A stretch of DNA of 32,000 nt from Acinetobacter wanghuae (GTDB lineage: Bacteria > Pseudomonadota > Gammaproteobacteria > Pseudomonadales > Moraxellaceae). Position 1 is the first letter of the stretch. Each line of letters opens with the position of its first letter. A model generated the notes under the pieces. The model made no database searches and was not told where the DNA came from. It was given only the letters and a program-made list of their open reading frames with translations. The DNA lies in NCBI RefSeq assembly GCF_009557235.1, contig NZ_CP045650.1, positions 180,001 through 212,000 on the forward strand, in the 5' to 3' direction. Positions 1-11,120 of the stretch are shown here, piece by piece. Position numbers and translations under genes: made by a program.

Positions 1-2512
1 GTGCTTCACCACCTGACAGTGTTGTTGCAGATTGACCGAGACGGATATAACCCAAACCAACTTGCATCAAGGTATCTAAACGACGGTGAATGACAGGAAT
101 GGCATCGAAGAACTGAGTGGCATCTTCAACAGTCATTTCTAAAACATCAGAAATGTTCTTGCCTTTGTAATTCACTTCTAAGGTTTCACGGTTGTAACGT
201 TTGCCATGACAGGCATCGCAAGGTACATACATATCGGGTAAGAAATGCATCGCGACTTTAATCATGCCATCGCCTTCGCAGGCTTCACAACGACCGCCTT
301 TCACGTTAAATGAGAAACGACCTGCGGTATAACCACGACCTTTGGCTTCAGGTGTTTGTGAAAATAACTCGCGAATTGGAGTAAATAAACCCGTATATGT
401 CGCAGGGTTTGAACGTGGTGTACGTCCAATTGGGCTTTGGTCAATATCGACAACTTTATCGAGATACTGTAAACCATCAATCGAATCGAACTTCTCTGCG
501 GTAAGTGTGGTTGCACCATTCAACTGGGTTGCTGCCAAAGGCAATAAAGTACGGTTAATCAAGGTTGATTTACCTGAACCCGAAACCCCAGTAACACACG
601 TCATAATGCCAAGTGGAATGGTTAAATCGACATTTTGTAAGTTATGCCCACACGCACCTAACAGCTTAATTTGTTCTTCAGGTTTAGGTGGTTTTACTCG
701 TGTTTTCGGGACTTCAATTTTACGCTTACCTGTCAGGTATTGACCGGTCAGTGATTTTTCATTGGCAATGATTTCATCATACGTCCCTTCCGCAATGACA
801 TAACCCCCATGCACACCTGCACCCGGACCAATATCAATAATATGGTCAGCCGCACGAATTGCATCTTCATCATGCTCAACGACAAGCACGGTATTGCCTA
901 AGTCACGTAAGCGTACAAGCGTTTCAAGCAAGCGATCGTTATCACGTTGATGTAAACCAATCGATGGTTCATCCAGTACGTACATCACGCCCATTAAGCC
1001 CGCACCAATTTGCGAAGCCAAACGAATACGCTGTGCTTCACCGCCCGACAAGGTTTCCGCAGAACGCGATAAACTTAAATAATTCAAACCAACCGACACA
1101 AGGAAATGCAGACGTTCACGAATCTCTTTAAAGATTTTATCTGCGATTTCACCGCGTGCACCTTCAAGGTTGAGACCTTGATAATAGCTTTCGGCATCGC
1201 CAATCGACATTTTGGTAATTTGTGCGATGGTTTTGTCTAAAATTTTCACATTACGTGAGATTTCATTCAGACGTGAGCCATCGCAGGCATCACATGCCGC
1301 ATTCGATAAATACTGTGCAAGATCATCACGCACATAATTACTTTCAGTTTCACGGTAACGACGTTCTAAATGTGGCAACACACCTTCAAAAGCAATTACA
1401 CGATTATGACGACGACCGCGTTCATCGATATAACTTAAATCAATTTTTTCTTTACCTGTACCGTATAAAAATTTCTTTTTCACATCGGCATCAAGTTCGT
1501 TCCACGGGGTATCCAGTGAATAACCAAAATGTTCGGCAACTTTTTGGATCATACTGTAATAGTACGGGCGTTGACGATCCCAACCACGAATAGCGCCTTG
1601 GCTAATAGAAAACTCAGGACTTGGAATCAGTTTGTCTGCACTAAAGTGACTACGTGTACCTAAACCATCACAGACAGGGCATGCGCCAAATGGATTGTTA
1701 AATGAGAATAGACGGGGTTCAAGTTCACCCACCGCACGTTCACATTCAGGACATGAGTGTTTTGCAGAGAACACACGGTCGGGCTGTTCGTCATTCATCC
1801 ATGACAAAATGGCAATATCACTACCTAAACGTAGCGCTGTTTCAAAACTTTCAGCAATACGGTTACCAAGATCATCACGGACTTTAAAACGGTCAACCAC
1901 AACTTCAATGCTGTGTTTTTTCTTTTTATCGAGTTCAGGCGGTGGATCAATTTCCATGATTTCGCCATCAACACGGGCACGAACAAAACCTTGGCTTTGT
2001 AATTGTTCAAACAGCGCGGTGTATTCACCTTTACGTTCACGCACGACAGGCGCTAATAACAGGAGTGCAGTACCTTCTTCAAGCCCTTTGACTGCATCGA
2101 CCATTTCCGTCACGGTTTGCGCAACCATCGGTAGGTCATGTTCAGGGCAATACGGTGTACCAACACGTGCATATAGCAAACGTAAATAGTCATAAATTTC
2201 GGTAATAGTACCGACCGTCGAACGTGGGTTATGACTTGTCGATTTTTGCTCAATAGCAATTGCAGGGCTTAAACCTTCAATCGAGTCGACTTCGGGTTTT
2301 TCCATTTGCGATAAAAACTGACGTGCATAAGCCGATAATGATTCAACGTAACGACGCTGACCTTCGGCATATAAAGTATCAAAAGCCAAGGATGATTTAC
2401 CTGAACCGGAGAGCCCCGTAATCACCACAAACTTGTCGCGTGGAATATCAAGGTTCACATTTTTTAAGTTATGGGTTCGTGCGCCTCGAATACGGATATG
2501 ACTTTGGCTCAT
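1..2512 (-). CDS. uvrA: Excinuclease ABC subunit A (UvrA), C-terminally truncated by the window edge
   Basis: The reverse complement from 2512 reads [80 protein letters not shown]. The reverse complement of the window start reads [19 protein letters not shown], the second ABC signature. The plus-strand ORFs listed at 342-2189 are antisense shadows of this gene. Confidence 0.95.
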   Translation of the reverse strand, partial: MSQSHIRIRGARTHNLKNVNLDIPRDKFVVITGLSGSGKSSLAFDTLYAEGQRRYVESLSAYARQFLSQMEKPEVDSIEGLSPAIAIEQKSTSHNPRSTVGTITEIYDYLRLLYARVGTPYCPEHDLPMVAQTVTEMVDAVKGLEEGTALLLLAPVVRERKGEYTALFEQLQSQGFVRARVDGEIMEIDPPPELDKKKKHSIEVVVDRFKVRDDLGNRIAESFETALRLGSDIAILSWMNDEQPDRVFSAKHSCPECERAVGELEPRLFSFNNPFGACPVCDGLGTRSHFSADKLIPSPEFSISQGAIRGWDRQRPYYYSMIQKVAEHFGYSLDTPWNELDADVKKKFLYGTGKEKIDLSYIDERGRRHNRVIAFEGVLPHLERRYRETESNYVRDDLAQYLSNAACDACDGSRLNEISRNVKILDKTIAQITKMSIGDAESYYQGLNLEGARGEIADKIFKEIRERLHFLVSVGLNYLSLSRSAETLSGGEAQRIRLASQIGAGLMGVMYVLDEPSIGLHQRDNDRLLETLVRLRDLGNTVLVVEHDEDAIRAADHIIDIGPGAGVHGGYVIAEGTYDEIIANEKSLTGQYLTGKRKIEVPKTRVKPPKPEEQIKLLGACGHNLQNVDLTIPLGIMTCVTGVSGSGKSTLINRTLLPLAATQLNGATTLTAEKFDSIDGLQYLDKVVDIDQSPIGRTPRSNPATYTGLFTPIRELFSQTPEAKGRGYTAGRFSFNVKGGRCEACEGDGMIKVAMHFLPDMYVPCDACHGKRYNRETLEVNYKGKNISDVLEMTVEDATQFFDAIPVIHRRLDTLMQVGLGYIRLGQSATTLSGGEA

Positions 2513-2797
2513 GCAATGATCCTAAATAATTCATTTAAATAAAACCTATATATGATACCGCATGAAAAATGTTCAAGTGCAAAGAAAAGTATGTTAAACG
2601 TCAAGTTATGGCGGTGAATGTGGGTTTACTGTCTGCTTATGCAGCATTCAGACACAATTTTAAAATAAAGATAAAAATTGAATGAATTTTTAAATGATTT
2701 TAAATGTTTGTTTTTTATTTGAATTTTTAATTATTTTATACTTAATGGTGAATAAATATTCTATACTTATATGAAAATAAAAAAGAAATGAAGGTGA

Positions 2798-3577
2798 ATG
2801 CAGATGTTGAAATCAATCGGGGTATTTATCTTTTGTATATGCGCTTATATAAACGTCTATGCGCAAGATTTCAAAATCATGCAATTCAAACAAGCCATCG
2901 ATTTAGCAACTACGCAGCAGATTGATCTTGAAATTACAGAGGTAGAGCAAGATCAGCAATTTTGGACAGCTATCTATGTCATTGCCCATCAAGGCATGTC
3001 GGATGCTCAAGCCCAACTTCATGTTCAAATTCAAGCCAAAGGGGCTTTAAATATCGCGAATCCTACGGTCAATCCATGGCTTGCACAGATTCAAGCCACA
3101 GATCTTCCACGTTCAGATCGCTATTTACTGACGGATTTACCCACTATCAGTGCTGCGATTCAACAGCATGAGCAAACCAAGATTGAAGCACCGCTATTAC
3201 AAGCAGACAATCCTGTTCGGGTGTATGCACAATTTATAGATTGGCTGCCGAGCTATAATCATCAAGATGATATTCATCTCACGCTGAGCATTCCTGTGCA
3301 ACATGGTTTATATGCGGCTGCGGTGTATGTGATTGTGGGGCAAGGCGCAAAGCCTGAAGAACTGTTAAAAATAGCGCTTCAAAGTGAAGCATCAAGCCTA
3401 CATAAGCCGCAAGCAGAAACGATTCAACATGAGGCTGTATCAGATGTGGTAACGGATACGGATCGAACACAAGAAACTACAATTGAGCATGCCGCTGAAT
3501 CGGGCAAGAAGAATATGATACTTGCCGCATTGGCGATTTTAATTTTAGCGTATTGGTTGTGGCGTCGACGACGTTGA
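2798..3577 (+). CDS. Hypothetical exported protein with an N-terminal signal peptide and a C-terminal TM helix plus RRRR tail
   Basis: It is a 259-aa ORF. The AAGGTG Shine-Dalgarno at 2791-2796 favours the second ATG at 2804, giving MLKSIGVFIFCICAYINVYAQ. The C-terminus reads ILAALAILILAYWLWRRRR-stop. I recognise no family. Confidence 0.6.
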   Translation: MQMLKSIGVFIFCICAYINVYAQDFKIMQFKQAIDLATTQQIDLEITEVEQDQQFWTAIYVIAHQGMSDAQAQLHVQIQAKGALNIANPTVNPWLAQIQATDLPRSDRYLLTDLPTISAAIQQHEQTKIEAPLLQADNPVRVYAQFIDWLPSYNHQDDIHLTLSIPVQHGLYAAAVYVIVGQGAKPEELLKIALQSEASSLHKPQAETIQHEAVSDVVTDTDRTQETTIEHAAESGKKNMILAALAILILAYWLWRRRR

Positions 3578-3734
3578 TCGATCTAGTGGTTATTTTTCCA
3601 TTCAGATAATTCAGTCGGAAAAATCAAAAATAATGTAAAAGCAACAGGGAATGACTTTGGTTTAAATCACAAAAGTCTCATAATTAGCCCATCTTTGTAT
3701 TTTTAATCCATCATTTTATTCAAGGTTAACTTTT

Positions 3735-4815
3735 ATGTGGAAACATTTTGGTTTCTCGATCATTTTTACGATCGTCTGTTTAGCTTTGTCGGCGTATTGG
3801 GGTTATACCCATGGTCCTGAGGCAGGCATAAAGACCATGCTTTCAGCACTGACCATCACTGCGATTTTAGCCATTATGGAAGTGTCTTTTATCGTTTGAT
3901 AATGCAGTCGTTAATGCATCTGTGCTGCGTGGTTGGGATCATTTTTGGAAAATGCTGTTCTTAACGGTCGGTATTGTGGTTGCCGTATTTGGTATGCGTT
4001 TAATTTTCCCTGTTGCCATTGTTGCTGTGACCGCAGACATGGGCTTTGTGGAAGTGGTGCAACTGGCACTCAATGATCCAAAACTCTATTCAGCAAAATT
4101 AATGGCACATCACCCTGAAATTGCTGCCTTTGGTGGTGCATTCCTGATGTTGGTGTTCTTGAATTTCTTCTTAGATGAAGGTAAAGACACGCATTGGTTT
4201 AAATTTTTGGAACGCCGTTTAGCCAATTTGGCAAGTGTGCCTGCAATGTCAGTCTTTGTGACTTTAATTGCGTTGTTGGTGATGGCAAGTTATGTCGATG
4301 AAGCAAAACGTTTAGTCGTGACAATGGCAGGTATTTGGGGCATCGTGATTTATATCGGTGTACAAGTATTGGGTCATTTACTCGGTGGTGAACCTGAAGT
4401 CGATGAAAACGGCAATGCAATCGCGCACGATTCAAATGGTGCACCGACAGGCGTTGTAAAAGCTGGTATTGGTGGCTTCTTGTATTTAGAAGTACTGGAT
4501 GCATCGTTTAGTTTCGACGGCGTGATTGGTGCTTTTGCCATTACCTCTGACGTTGTGATTATTATGCTGGGTCTTGCAATTGGTGCGATGTTCGTGCGTT
4601 CAATGACCATTTACTTGGTGGATAAAGGCACATTAGATGCATACGTCTACCTTGAGCATGGTGCACATTATGCCATTGGTGCGCTTGCATTTATTATGCT
4701 TGCAAGTGGTACAGGTTTGCATATTCCTGAAGTTGTAACAGGTTTAATTGGTGTAGCATTTATTATTTGGGCAGTTATTGCGTCTATTCAGTACAACAAA
4801 CGCCAAGCCCATTAA
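3735..4815 (+). pseudogene. TerC/DUF475-like integral membrane protein, interrupted by a +1 frameshift in a T4 run (about 3887-3890)
   Basis: ORF 3735-3899 encodes MWKHFGFSIIFTIVCLALSAYWGYTHGPEAGIKTMLSALTITAILAIMEVSFIV-stop. The next frame continues DNAVVNASVLRGWDHFW into the listed 3922-4815 ORF. Deleting one T restores EVSLSFDNAVVNA, the conserved SxDN membrane motif of this superfamily. Confidence 0.7.
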
Positions 4816-4837
4816 AGCATTTGATTACAGTTGATTT

Positions 4838-4867
4838 TAAAAGCGTGGCTCTGGCTGCGCTTTTTTA
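4838..4867 (+). terminator. Rho-independent terminator after the DUF475-like gene
   Basis: The sequence aaaagcgtggctctggctgcgctttttt forms a GC-rich hairpin with G-U pairs followed by a T6 run. Confidence 0.6.
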
Positions 4868-4974
4868 TTTCTTAGATCAACTTCAGTTTTAATTCAAATA
4901 AAATTCATGCATCCATCGCGGCTGAATGTCCTATAATCGCTGTTCAAGATCAACTCAATGAACTGCCATATTTT

Positions 4975-6339
4975 ATGATGAATGCTTTAGAACGTCGCTC
5001 GACCTTTGCCCTGAGCAGTATTTTTGCACTGCGCATGCTGGGGTTGTTTATGATTATTCCTGTGTTTTCCGTGGCAGGGCAGTCATATCAATATGCTACG
5101 CCTGCGCTCATTGGACTTGCAGTCGGGATCTATGGCTTGACCCAAGCGATTTTACAAATTCCATTTAGCCTCATTGCAGATCGTTATAGCCGTAAACCAT
5201 TGGTGGTTTTGGGCTTGTTGATGTTTGCATTGGGGGGTGCCATTGCCGCGATGTCAGACACCATTTATGGCGTGATTATTGGTCGTGCCATCGCGGGTGG
5301 TGGTGCAGTCTCGGCTGTAGTGATGGCGCTGCTTGCCGATGTGACCCGTGAAGAAAATCGGACTAAAGCCATGGCAACTATGGGGATGAGTATTGGCTTA
5401 TCTTTTGTTGTGGCATTTAGTTTAGGACCATGGCTTACAGGTTTAGTCGGCATTTCAGGATTATTCTGGGTGACCACGATTATGGGTATTGCAGCAATTT
5501 CAATGTTATTGCTTGTACCTAAAGTCACGCGTCATCATCGTAATTTTCAGCAAGGTTATATTGCACAACTGAAACAAGTCCTAAAAATGGCGGATTTAAA
5601 TCGTCTGCATGTTTCGGTCTTTTCACTGCATTTATTGCTGACTGCGATGTTTATCTATGTGCCCTCACAGTTGATTGAGTTCGCTGAGATTCCGTTGGCG
5701 AAGCATGGCTTGATCTATTTGCCATTGCTTGTGATTAGCCTGTTCTTTGCCTTCCCAAGTATTATTCTTGCAGAAAAATACCGCAAAATGCGTGGCATTT
5801 TCTTGACGGCTATCGCTGGTATTATTTTGGGCTTATTGGTGCTGATTTTCGGTTATGAATCGAAATATATTCTGATTGCAGGCTTAGGTTTATTCTTTAT
5901 TGCTTTTAATGTGATGGAAGCTTTATTGCCGTCATGGTTATCGAAAGCTGCACCGATTCAATCCAAAGCCACTGCCATGGGCGTGAATGCGAGTAGCCAG
6001 TTCTTAGGTGCATTTTTTGGCGGTATGATTGGCGGTCAATTATTGCTGCTGAATAACACAGCAATGGGTTGGAGTATTTTGTCTGCTATTGCTATTATTT
6101 GGTTATTGCTGAGTTTTGGTTTGGCGCAGCCGCGATATTTATCATCGTTGGTGTTGCGTTTGCCGGAGAGCAAAGAAACGGACGAATGGACTTCTCAACT
6201 TTTGGCAATTCATGGTATTGAAGAAGTCGTGGTGATGTCCGAGCAGCAAGTGGCCTATATAAAAGTCGATAAACAGTTGATAGATGATACAGCGCGACAA
6301 CAATTAACGCACTTGTTGGGTAAAGAGGTAGCCATTTAA
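4975..6339 (+). CDS. MFS transporter (the uvrA/ssb-linked type seen in pseudomonads and Moraxellaceae)
   Basis: The 454-aa protein has roughly 12 hydrophobic segments and starts MMNALERRSTFALSSIFALRMLGLFMIIPVF. It has a soluble C-terminal tail. It sits between uvrA and ssb. Confidence 0.85.
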   Translation: MMNALERRSTFALSSIFALRMLGLFMIIPVFSVAGQSYQYATPALIGLAVGIYGLTQAILQIPFSLIADRYSRKPLVVLGLLMFALGGAIAAMSDTIYGVIIGRAIAGGGAVSAVVMALLADVTREENRTKAMATMGMSIGLSFVVAFSLGPWLTGLVGISGLFWVTTIMGIAAISMLLLVPKVTRHHRNFQQGYIAQLKQVLKMADLNRLHVSVFSLHLLLTAMFIYVPSQLIEFAEIPLAKHGLIYLPLLVISLFFAFPSIILAEKYRKMRGIFLTAIAGIILGLLVLIFGYESKYILIAGLGLFFIAFNVMEALLPSWLSKAAPIQSKATAMGVNASSQFLGAFFGGMIGGQLLLLNNTAMGWSILSAIAIIWLLLSFGLAQPRYLSSLVLRLPESKETDEWTSQLLAIHGIEEVVVMSEQQVAYIKVDKQLIDDTARQQLTHLLGKEVAI

Positions 6340-6390
6340 GCATAACTCTTATAAAGTAAAATATAGAAATAGATAGGAAGTGAATGTCAG

Positions 6391-6969
6391 ATGCGTGGTG
6401 TAAATAAAGTCATTTTAGTCGGTACTTTGGGTAAAGATCCAGAGACCAAAACGTTTGCCAATGGTGGATCACTCACTCAGTTTTCGATTGCAACCAGCGA
6501 CTCATGGACAGATAAAAGTACCGGTGAGCGTAAAGAACAAACTGAATGGCACCGTATTGTTTTGCATAACCGTTTAGGCGAAATTGCACAGCAATATTTG
6601 CGCAAAGGCTCAAAAGTATATATCGAAGGTTCATTACGTACTCGTCAATGGACAGACCAAAATGGTCAAGAACGTTACACCACAGAAATTCGTGGTGAAC
6701 AAATGCAAATGTTGGACTCAAACCGTCAACAAGGTGAGCAAGGCGATACTGGTTTTAATCAACCACGCTTTAACAATAACCAAAATAACCAAGGTGGCTA
6801 TAACAACAATGCTAACCAAGGTGGTTATAACAATGCACCGCAACAAGGTGGCTTTAATAATGCGCCTGCAAATGGTTATGGCAACAATAACCCAAGCGGT
6901 TTTGCACCAAAAGCACCTGCGCCAACAACTGCACCTGCAGCAGATTTAGATGATGATCTTCCGTTTTAA
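6391..6969 (+). CDS. ssb: Single-stranded DNA-binding protein
   Basis: The OB-fold N-terminus reads [22 protein letters not shown]...TEWHRIVL. It is followed by a Gly/Asn/Gln-rich linker and an acidic tip, DDDLPF. Confidence 0.95.
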   Translation: MRGVNKVILVGTLGKDPETKTFANGGSLTQFSIATSDSWTDKSTGERKEQTEWHRIVLHNRLGEIAQQYLRKGSKVYIEGSLRTRQWTDQNGQERYTTEIRGEQMQMLDSNRQQGEQGDTGFNQPRFNNNQNNQGGYNNNANQGGYNNAPQQGGFNNAPANGYGNNNPSGFAPKAPAPTTAPAADLDDDLPF

Positions 6970-6987
6970 GTAAAGATCATCATCACC

Positions 6988-7017
6988 AAAATCCGCCTTC
7001 GAAGGCGGATTTTTTTA
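6988..7017 (+). terminator. Rho-independent terminator of ssb
   Basis: The sequence aaaatccgccttcgaaggcggattttttt has a 7-bp stem (atccgcc/ggcggat) followed by a T7 run. Confidence 0.85.
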
Positions 7018-7212
7018 TGGATGAATACCGTATCTATGTGATTAACAAATTTAATTTTTTGGTTTATTGATTCATACATAAAAATTTAAAAAATAATAAA
7101 ATTCAAAAAAACGATTATAATTATAAAAAAGTACGGTTTTACCAATCAATAACCTTGTTCTATGATGGCTTCACTGAATAGGCAATCTCATTTACATATC
7201 GAGGAATAGATC

Positions 7213-7776
7213 ATGAGTTTAATCAACACAGAAGTTAAACCATTTAAAGCAACAGCGTACCAAAATGGTCAATTTATTGAAGTATCTGAACAAGATTTTA
7301 AAGGCAAATGGTCGGTTGTTTTCTTCTATCCTGCTGACTTTACTTTTGTATGTCCAACTGAATTAGGCGATCTAGCCGATCACTATGCTGAATTCCAAAA
7401 AATGGGCGTAGAAATTTATTCAGTATCGACAGATACGCACTTCACGCATAAAGCTTGGCATGATTCTTCTGATGAAATCAAAAAAATCCAATATCCAATG
7501 CTAGGTGATGCTACTTGGACTTTGGCGAAAAACTTTGAAGTACTGATTGAATCTGAAGGTTTGGCTGACCGTGGTACTTTCGTGATTGACCCTGAAGGTA
7601 AAATCCAAATCGTAGAAATCAATGCTGGTGGTATTGGTCGCGATGCACAAGAACTGCTTCGCAAAGTTAAAGCGGCGCAATATGTACACGCGCACCCAGG
7701 CGAAGTATGTCCTGCAAAATGGAAAGAAGGCGAAGCAACTTTAGCACCTTCAATTGACTTGGTTGGTAAAATCTAA
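7213..7776 (+). CDS. ahpC: Alkyl hydroperoxide reductase subunit C (2-Cys peroxiredoxin)
   Basis: The 187-aa protein carries [14 protein letters not shown] (peroxidatic Cys) and GEVCPAKW (resolving Cys). No ahpF follows it in this window. Confidence 0.95.
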   Translation: MSLINTEVKPFKATAYQNGQFIEVSEQDFKGKWSVVFFYPADFTFVCPTELGDLADHYAEFQKMGVEIYSVSTDTHFTHKAWHDSSDEIKKIQYPMLGDATWTLAKNFEVLIESEGLADRGTFVIDPEGKIQIVEINAGGIGRDAQELLRKVKAAQYVHAHPGEVCPAKWKEGEATLAPSIDLVGKI

Positions 7777-7796
7777 GTATTTAGATTGAACTCACT

Positions 7797-7828
7797 AAAA
7801 AAACCAGCATCTCGATGCTGGTTTTTTT
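7797..7828. terminator. Bidirectional rho-independent terminator between the convergent ahpC and LysR genes
   Basis: The sequence aaaaaaaccagcatctcgatgctggttttttt has an A-run, a hairpin (ccagcat/atgctgg) and a T-run. Confidence 0.85.
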
Positions 7829-7843
7829 ATGTGTTGAGCTTAA

Positions 7844-8767
7844 TTAATGGGTGTAACCTGTGTTTTCTTCGGCACTTGCTCTTAAGCCTTCAATTAAATG
7901 CTCGATTAACTTTTCCATAACCAAGCGTTGACCTTTACGCGATGCATAAACCAATTGCACAGTACCAATATTCGAACACCATTCTGGCAAGATATGCACC
8001 AATCGACCCGCAGCAAGATCTTTTTCAACCGTTAAATAGGGCAGGTCTGCAATCCCTAAACCATCGATTACCGAATAATAGACCCCTGCCAAATCGTTAC
8101 TTTTAATACGCGGTGCTAAAGGAATATCGATACTTTCATGGGTGTCTGGACGATGTAAATGCCATTGATAACGCGGTTTTTGCGTGCCAAGCACAATGGT
8201 AGGGAAATCACTAATTTCGATTGGATATTGAATGCTTCGACCGTTGATTAAACTTGGACTTGCCACCAAACAATGCGTGGTTTTAATGACATCACGCACA
8301 ATGACACTTGAATCTTCATTACTTGAAAAATTGGTGCGAATTGCGAGATCAATATCATCATGCAGTACATCAACACGACGGCTACTGAGTTCCATTTCAA
8401 TTTGTACTTTTGGATATTGCTTTAAAAACTCATTCAATAAAGGGCGGATTTGATAGCGCATCATGACCGAAGGACAGCTCAGTTTGATCAGACCTTGAGG
8501 TTCACTGGTTTGTTTAAGCAACACATTATGTGCGCATTCTACTTGATGAATGACTTTTTCACATTCAATGAAAAATTCTTGTCCAAGTGGAGTGACTTTA
8601 AAATGTCGTGTTGAACGCTGAATAAGCGTCACATTAAACTTTGCTTCTAAGTCTAGAATACGACGACTCAGTTTAGATTTGGTGATGTTGGATGCATCGC
8701 TGGCTGCACTAAAGCCGCCATACTTCACTACCAAATAAAAGTAGTAGTAATCGTCAAAAGAATGCAT
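7844..8767 (-). CDS. LysR-family transcriptional regulator
   Basis: The 307-aa protein has an N-terminal wHTH, FSAASDASNITKSKLSRRILDLEAKFNVTLIQRSTRHFKVTPLGQEF. The rest is a typical substrate-binding domain length. Confidence 0.9.
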   Translation of the reverse strand: MHSFDDYYYFYLVVKYGGFSAASDASNITKSKLSRRILDLEAKFNVTLIQRSTRHFKVTPLGQEFFIECEKVIHQVECAHNVLLKQTSEPQGLIKLSCPSVMMRYQIRPLLNEFLKQYPKVQIEMELSSRRVDVLHDDIDLAIRTNFSSNEDSSVIVRDVIKTTHCLVASPSLINGRSIQYPIEISDFPTIVLGTQKPRYQWHLHRPDTHESIDIPLAPRIKSNDLAGVYYSVIDGLGIADLPYLTVEKDLAAGRLVHILPEWCSNIGTVQLVYASRKGQRLVMEKLIEHLIEGLRASAEENTGYTH

Positions 8768-8880
8768 GGCTTGCTCCGAACGTTCTGAATTGAGAAGAGG
8801 AGAAAATGTATATTAAGGCGAATATGGCACTGTGGCTTCTAAAATAATTTAAATAACAGCCGAACGATACTAAAGAGTTA

Positions 8881-8909
8881 AAAAAAAGCGATCAAAAGAT
8901 CGCTTTTTA
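8881..8909 (-). terminator. Rho-independent terminator downstream of the isochorismatase-family gene
   Basis: The sequence aaaaaaagcgatcaaaagatcgcttttt gives, on the minus strand, the hairpin gcgatc/gatcgc followed by T7. Confidence 0.75.
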
Positions 8910-8918
8910 AGAGAAATC

Positions 8919-9545
8919 TTACTTTTTCTCCGTGTTATATGCATAACTTTGAATCAGATTACTGTAATCAGGAATGTGTGCACCAAAAAGTGCGCCCAAA
9001 CCATCGACATCGTTACGCCAATCGCGGTGCAACTCACACGATGTACCAAACCAAGTCATCAACTGAGCACCGGCTTGTGTCATACGTTGCCAAGCTGAAT
9101 CACGAGTTAGATGGTTAAATGTACCTGAGGCATCTGTTACCACGAAGACATCAAAATCTTCTTCGAGTGCAGAAAGTGTCGGAAATGCAACACAGACTTC
9201 TGTCACAACACCCGCAATAATCAACTGTTTTTTGCCTGTTGCTTTGACTGCTTTGACAAAGTCTTCATTATCCCATGCATTGATTTGACCTGGACGTGCA
9301 ATATAAGGTGCATCTGGGAACATGGCTTTAAGTTCTGGAACAAGTGGACCATTTGGACCTTGTTCAAAACTTGTGGTTAGGATCGTTGGTAAATTGAAGT
9401 ATTTCGCTGCTGCTGCAAGTGCAAGGACATTATTTTTAAATTTATCAGGGTCAATATCGCGAACCAATGATAATAAACCGGTTTGATGATCAACCAACAA
9501 AACGGCGGCATTGTCTTTGTCTAAACGTACGTATGGCTTACCCAT
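8919..9545 (-). CDS. Isochorismatase-family hydrolase (YcaC-like)
   Basis: The 208-aa protein contains AVLLVDHQTGL...LIIAGVVTEVCVAFPTLSALEEDFDVFVVTDASG, which includes the catalytic Cys motif of the cysteine-hydrolase fold. Confidence 0.85.
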   Translation of the reverse strand: MGKPYVRLDKDNAAVLLVDHQTGLLSLVRDIDPDKFKNNVLALAAAAKYFNLPTILTTSFEQGPNGPLVPELKAMFPDAPYIARPGQINAWDNEDFVKAVKATGKKQLIIAGVVTEVCVAFPTLSALEEDFDVFVVTDASGTFNHLTRDSAWQRMTQAGAQLMTWFGTSCELHRDWRNDVDGLGALFGAHIPDYSNLIQSYAYNTEKK

Positions 9546-9850
9546 TTTATTCTTCCTTTATAAATTTCAAAAAATATAGCAATTGAATTGTCAGAAAATG
9601 ACAAGCATCATGCTATTTTTAGAATAATACTTAGAAAAACCCGATAGAATAAGTCGTAGATATGAGACAATAAATCTTAAAAATGAGATGGTGTAGACAT
9701 TTTATTGATTGATAATAAACTAAAATTAATAAATAGTGTGATTATTATCTCATTGGTGAAATTCTGCATACTGTTTTGTTTATTTAATCAGCACATATTT
9801 AAGCATAAGATAAAGTCATGTTCATCCTATCTTATATAGGAGTATAAAAG

Positions 9851-10729
9851 ATGAAAAAAGTAATCGGTGTTTATCGTAACCATAATATGCATTGGGTCGG
9901 GGACGGCTTTCCTGTTAAAAATTTATTTTCGTATGATCGTTTAGGTCAAGCAATTAGTCCCTTTCTGCTCTTGGATTATGCAGCACCTTATCATTTTGAA
10001 CCAACCTCAGCGCAACATGGCGTTGGTTCGCATCCTCATCGTGGCTTTGAAACTGTGACGTTGGCCTATCAAGGTGAAGTGACGCATAAAGATTCGAGTG
10101 GCGGTGGCGGTACCATTCAAGCCGGTGATGTACAGTGGATGACAGCAGGCTCAGGCTTAGTGCACGAAGAATTTCATTCTCCGAGCTTTGCGCAACAAGG
10201 TGGCTTGTTTGAGATGGTGCAACTTTGGGTCAATTTACCTGCCAAAGATAAAATGACCGCGCCACGTTATCAAGCCATTACTGCGGCAGAGATTCCGCAT
10301 GTCCAACTTGAAGATAATGCTGGACATATCCGTGTGATTGCGGGTGAATGTGCTGATCAGCAAGGTCCAGCGAACACCTTCAGTGCCATAAATGTATGGG
10401 ATGGTGAGCTTAAGGCTGAACATGAAAGCTTTGTGCATGTACCAATGCAGCACAATGTGTTGGTGGTGGTACTGAAAGGCGAGGTTGAAATTAATGGAAC
10501 GGAGGTTCTCGACAGTTCAATCGTGATGTTTGCGCGTGACCAAGATACGGCTATACAGCTACAAGCACATACGGATACGCAGTTTTTAATTTTGACGGGT
10601 GAGCCTTTAAATGAACCCATTCAAGGTTATGGTCCATTTGTGATGAATAGCAAAGATGAAATTGTTCAAGCCTTCCAAGACTTTAACAATGGCAAATTTG
10701 GTGAAATTCCAGTTCAAATCGAGTCATAA
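9851..10729 (+). CDS. Pirin-family (bicupin) protein
   Basis: The 292-aa protein contains HPHRGFETVTLAYQGEVTHKDSSGGGGTIQAGDVQWMTAGSGLVHEE, the pirin metal-binding signature. Confidence 0.9.
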   Translation: MKKVIGVYRNHNMHWVGDGFPVKNLFSYDRLGQAISPFLLLDYAAPYHFEPTSAQHGVGSHPHRGFETVTLAYQGEVTHKDSSGGGGTIQAGDVQWMTAGSGLVHEEFHSPSFAQQGGLFEMVQLWVNLPAKDKMTAPRYQAITAAEIPHVQLEDNAGHIRVIAGECADQQGPANTFSAINVWDGELKAEHESFVHVPMQHNVLVVVLKGEVEINGTEVLDSSIVMFARDQDTAIQLQAHTDTQFLILTGEPLNEPIQGYGPFVMNSKDEIVQAFQDFNNGKFGEIPVQIES

Positions 10730-10745
10730 GCGTATAAAAAATTGT

Positions 10746-10774
10746 AAAAGCCCCTGTATGTACAGGGGCTTTTA
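10746..10774 (+). terminator. Rho-independent terminator of the pirin gene (short U-tract)
   Basis: The sequence aaaagcccctgtatgtacaggggctttta has a 10-bp stem. Confidence 0.65.
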
Positions 10775-11120
10775 CGTTGAACGCGCTATCGTTTTTTATT
10801 CTTTTACATGTAGTTATGATTCATGGATGGTTTAAAAGTGTGATGTGGTTATCATTTTGGTAAGAATCATACGAAATTAGTACTAGAAAGTAAATCCTTT
10901 AAAGCTAAATAGGTAAAAAATAATCTTTGTTTTTTAATGAATAAATTATAAATAGTGCCTTCTATAAGATAATTTTTTGAATAGCTGTATCAATTGAAAG
11001 TTAAATAGCTTCATTCTTCACTCTGTTTAAGTTTAGTGAAAAAGCCATAATCTGGAATATTTTAATAACATCATTCCTGCGCGCATAGGTCATAATTTCG
11101 AAAAGTTTTTTCTATAATGG

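Noticed and set aside
342-2189. Several plus-strand ORFs of 60-164 aa listed in the track (342-743, 859-1131, 1222-1593, 1695-2189, 1702-1887)
   Set aside because: They lie entirely inside the minus-strand uvrA reading frame, which has unmistakable UvrA motifs. Their translations are low-complexity and His/Arg-rich, typical of antisense shadow ORFs.
2627-2646. SOS-box-like sequence TACTGTctgcttatGCAGCA upstream of uvrA
   Set aside because: Only the left half matches the E. coli LexA consensus CTGT-N8-ACAG. The right half is GCAG, and Acinetobacter-type genomes lack a canonical LexA. A chance resemblance is likely.
6770-6900. Imperfect repeats encoding QGGYNN/QGGFNN in ssb
   Set aside because: This is the normal low-complexity disordered linker of SSB proteins, not a mobile or regulatory repeat.
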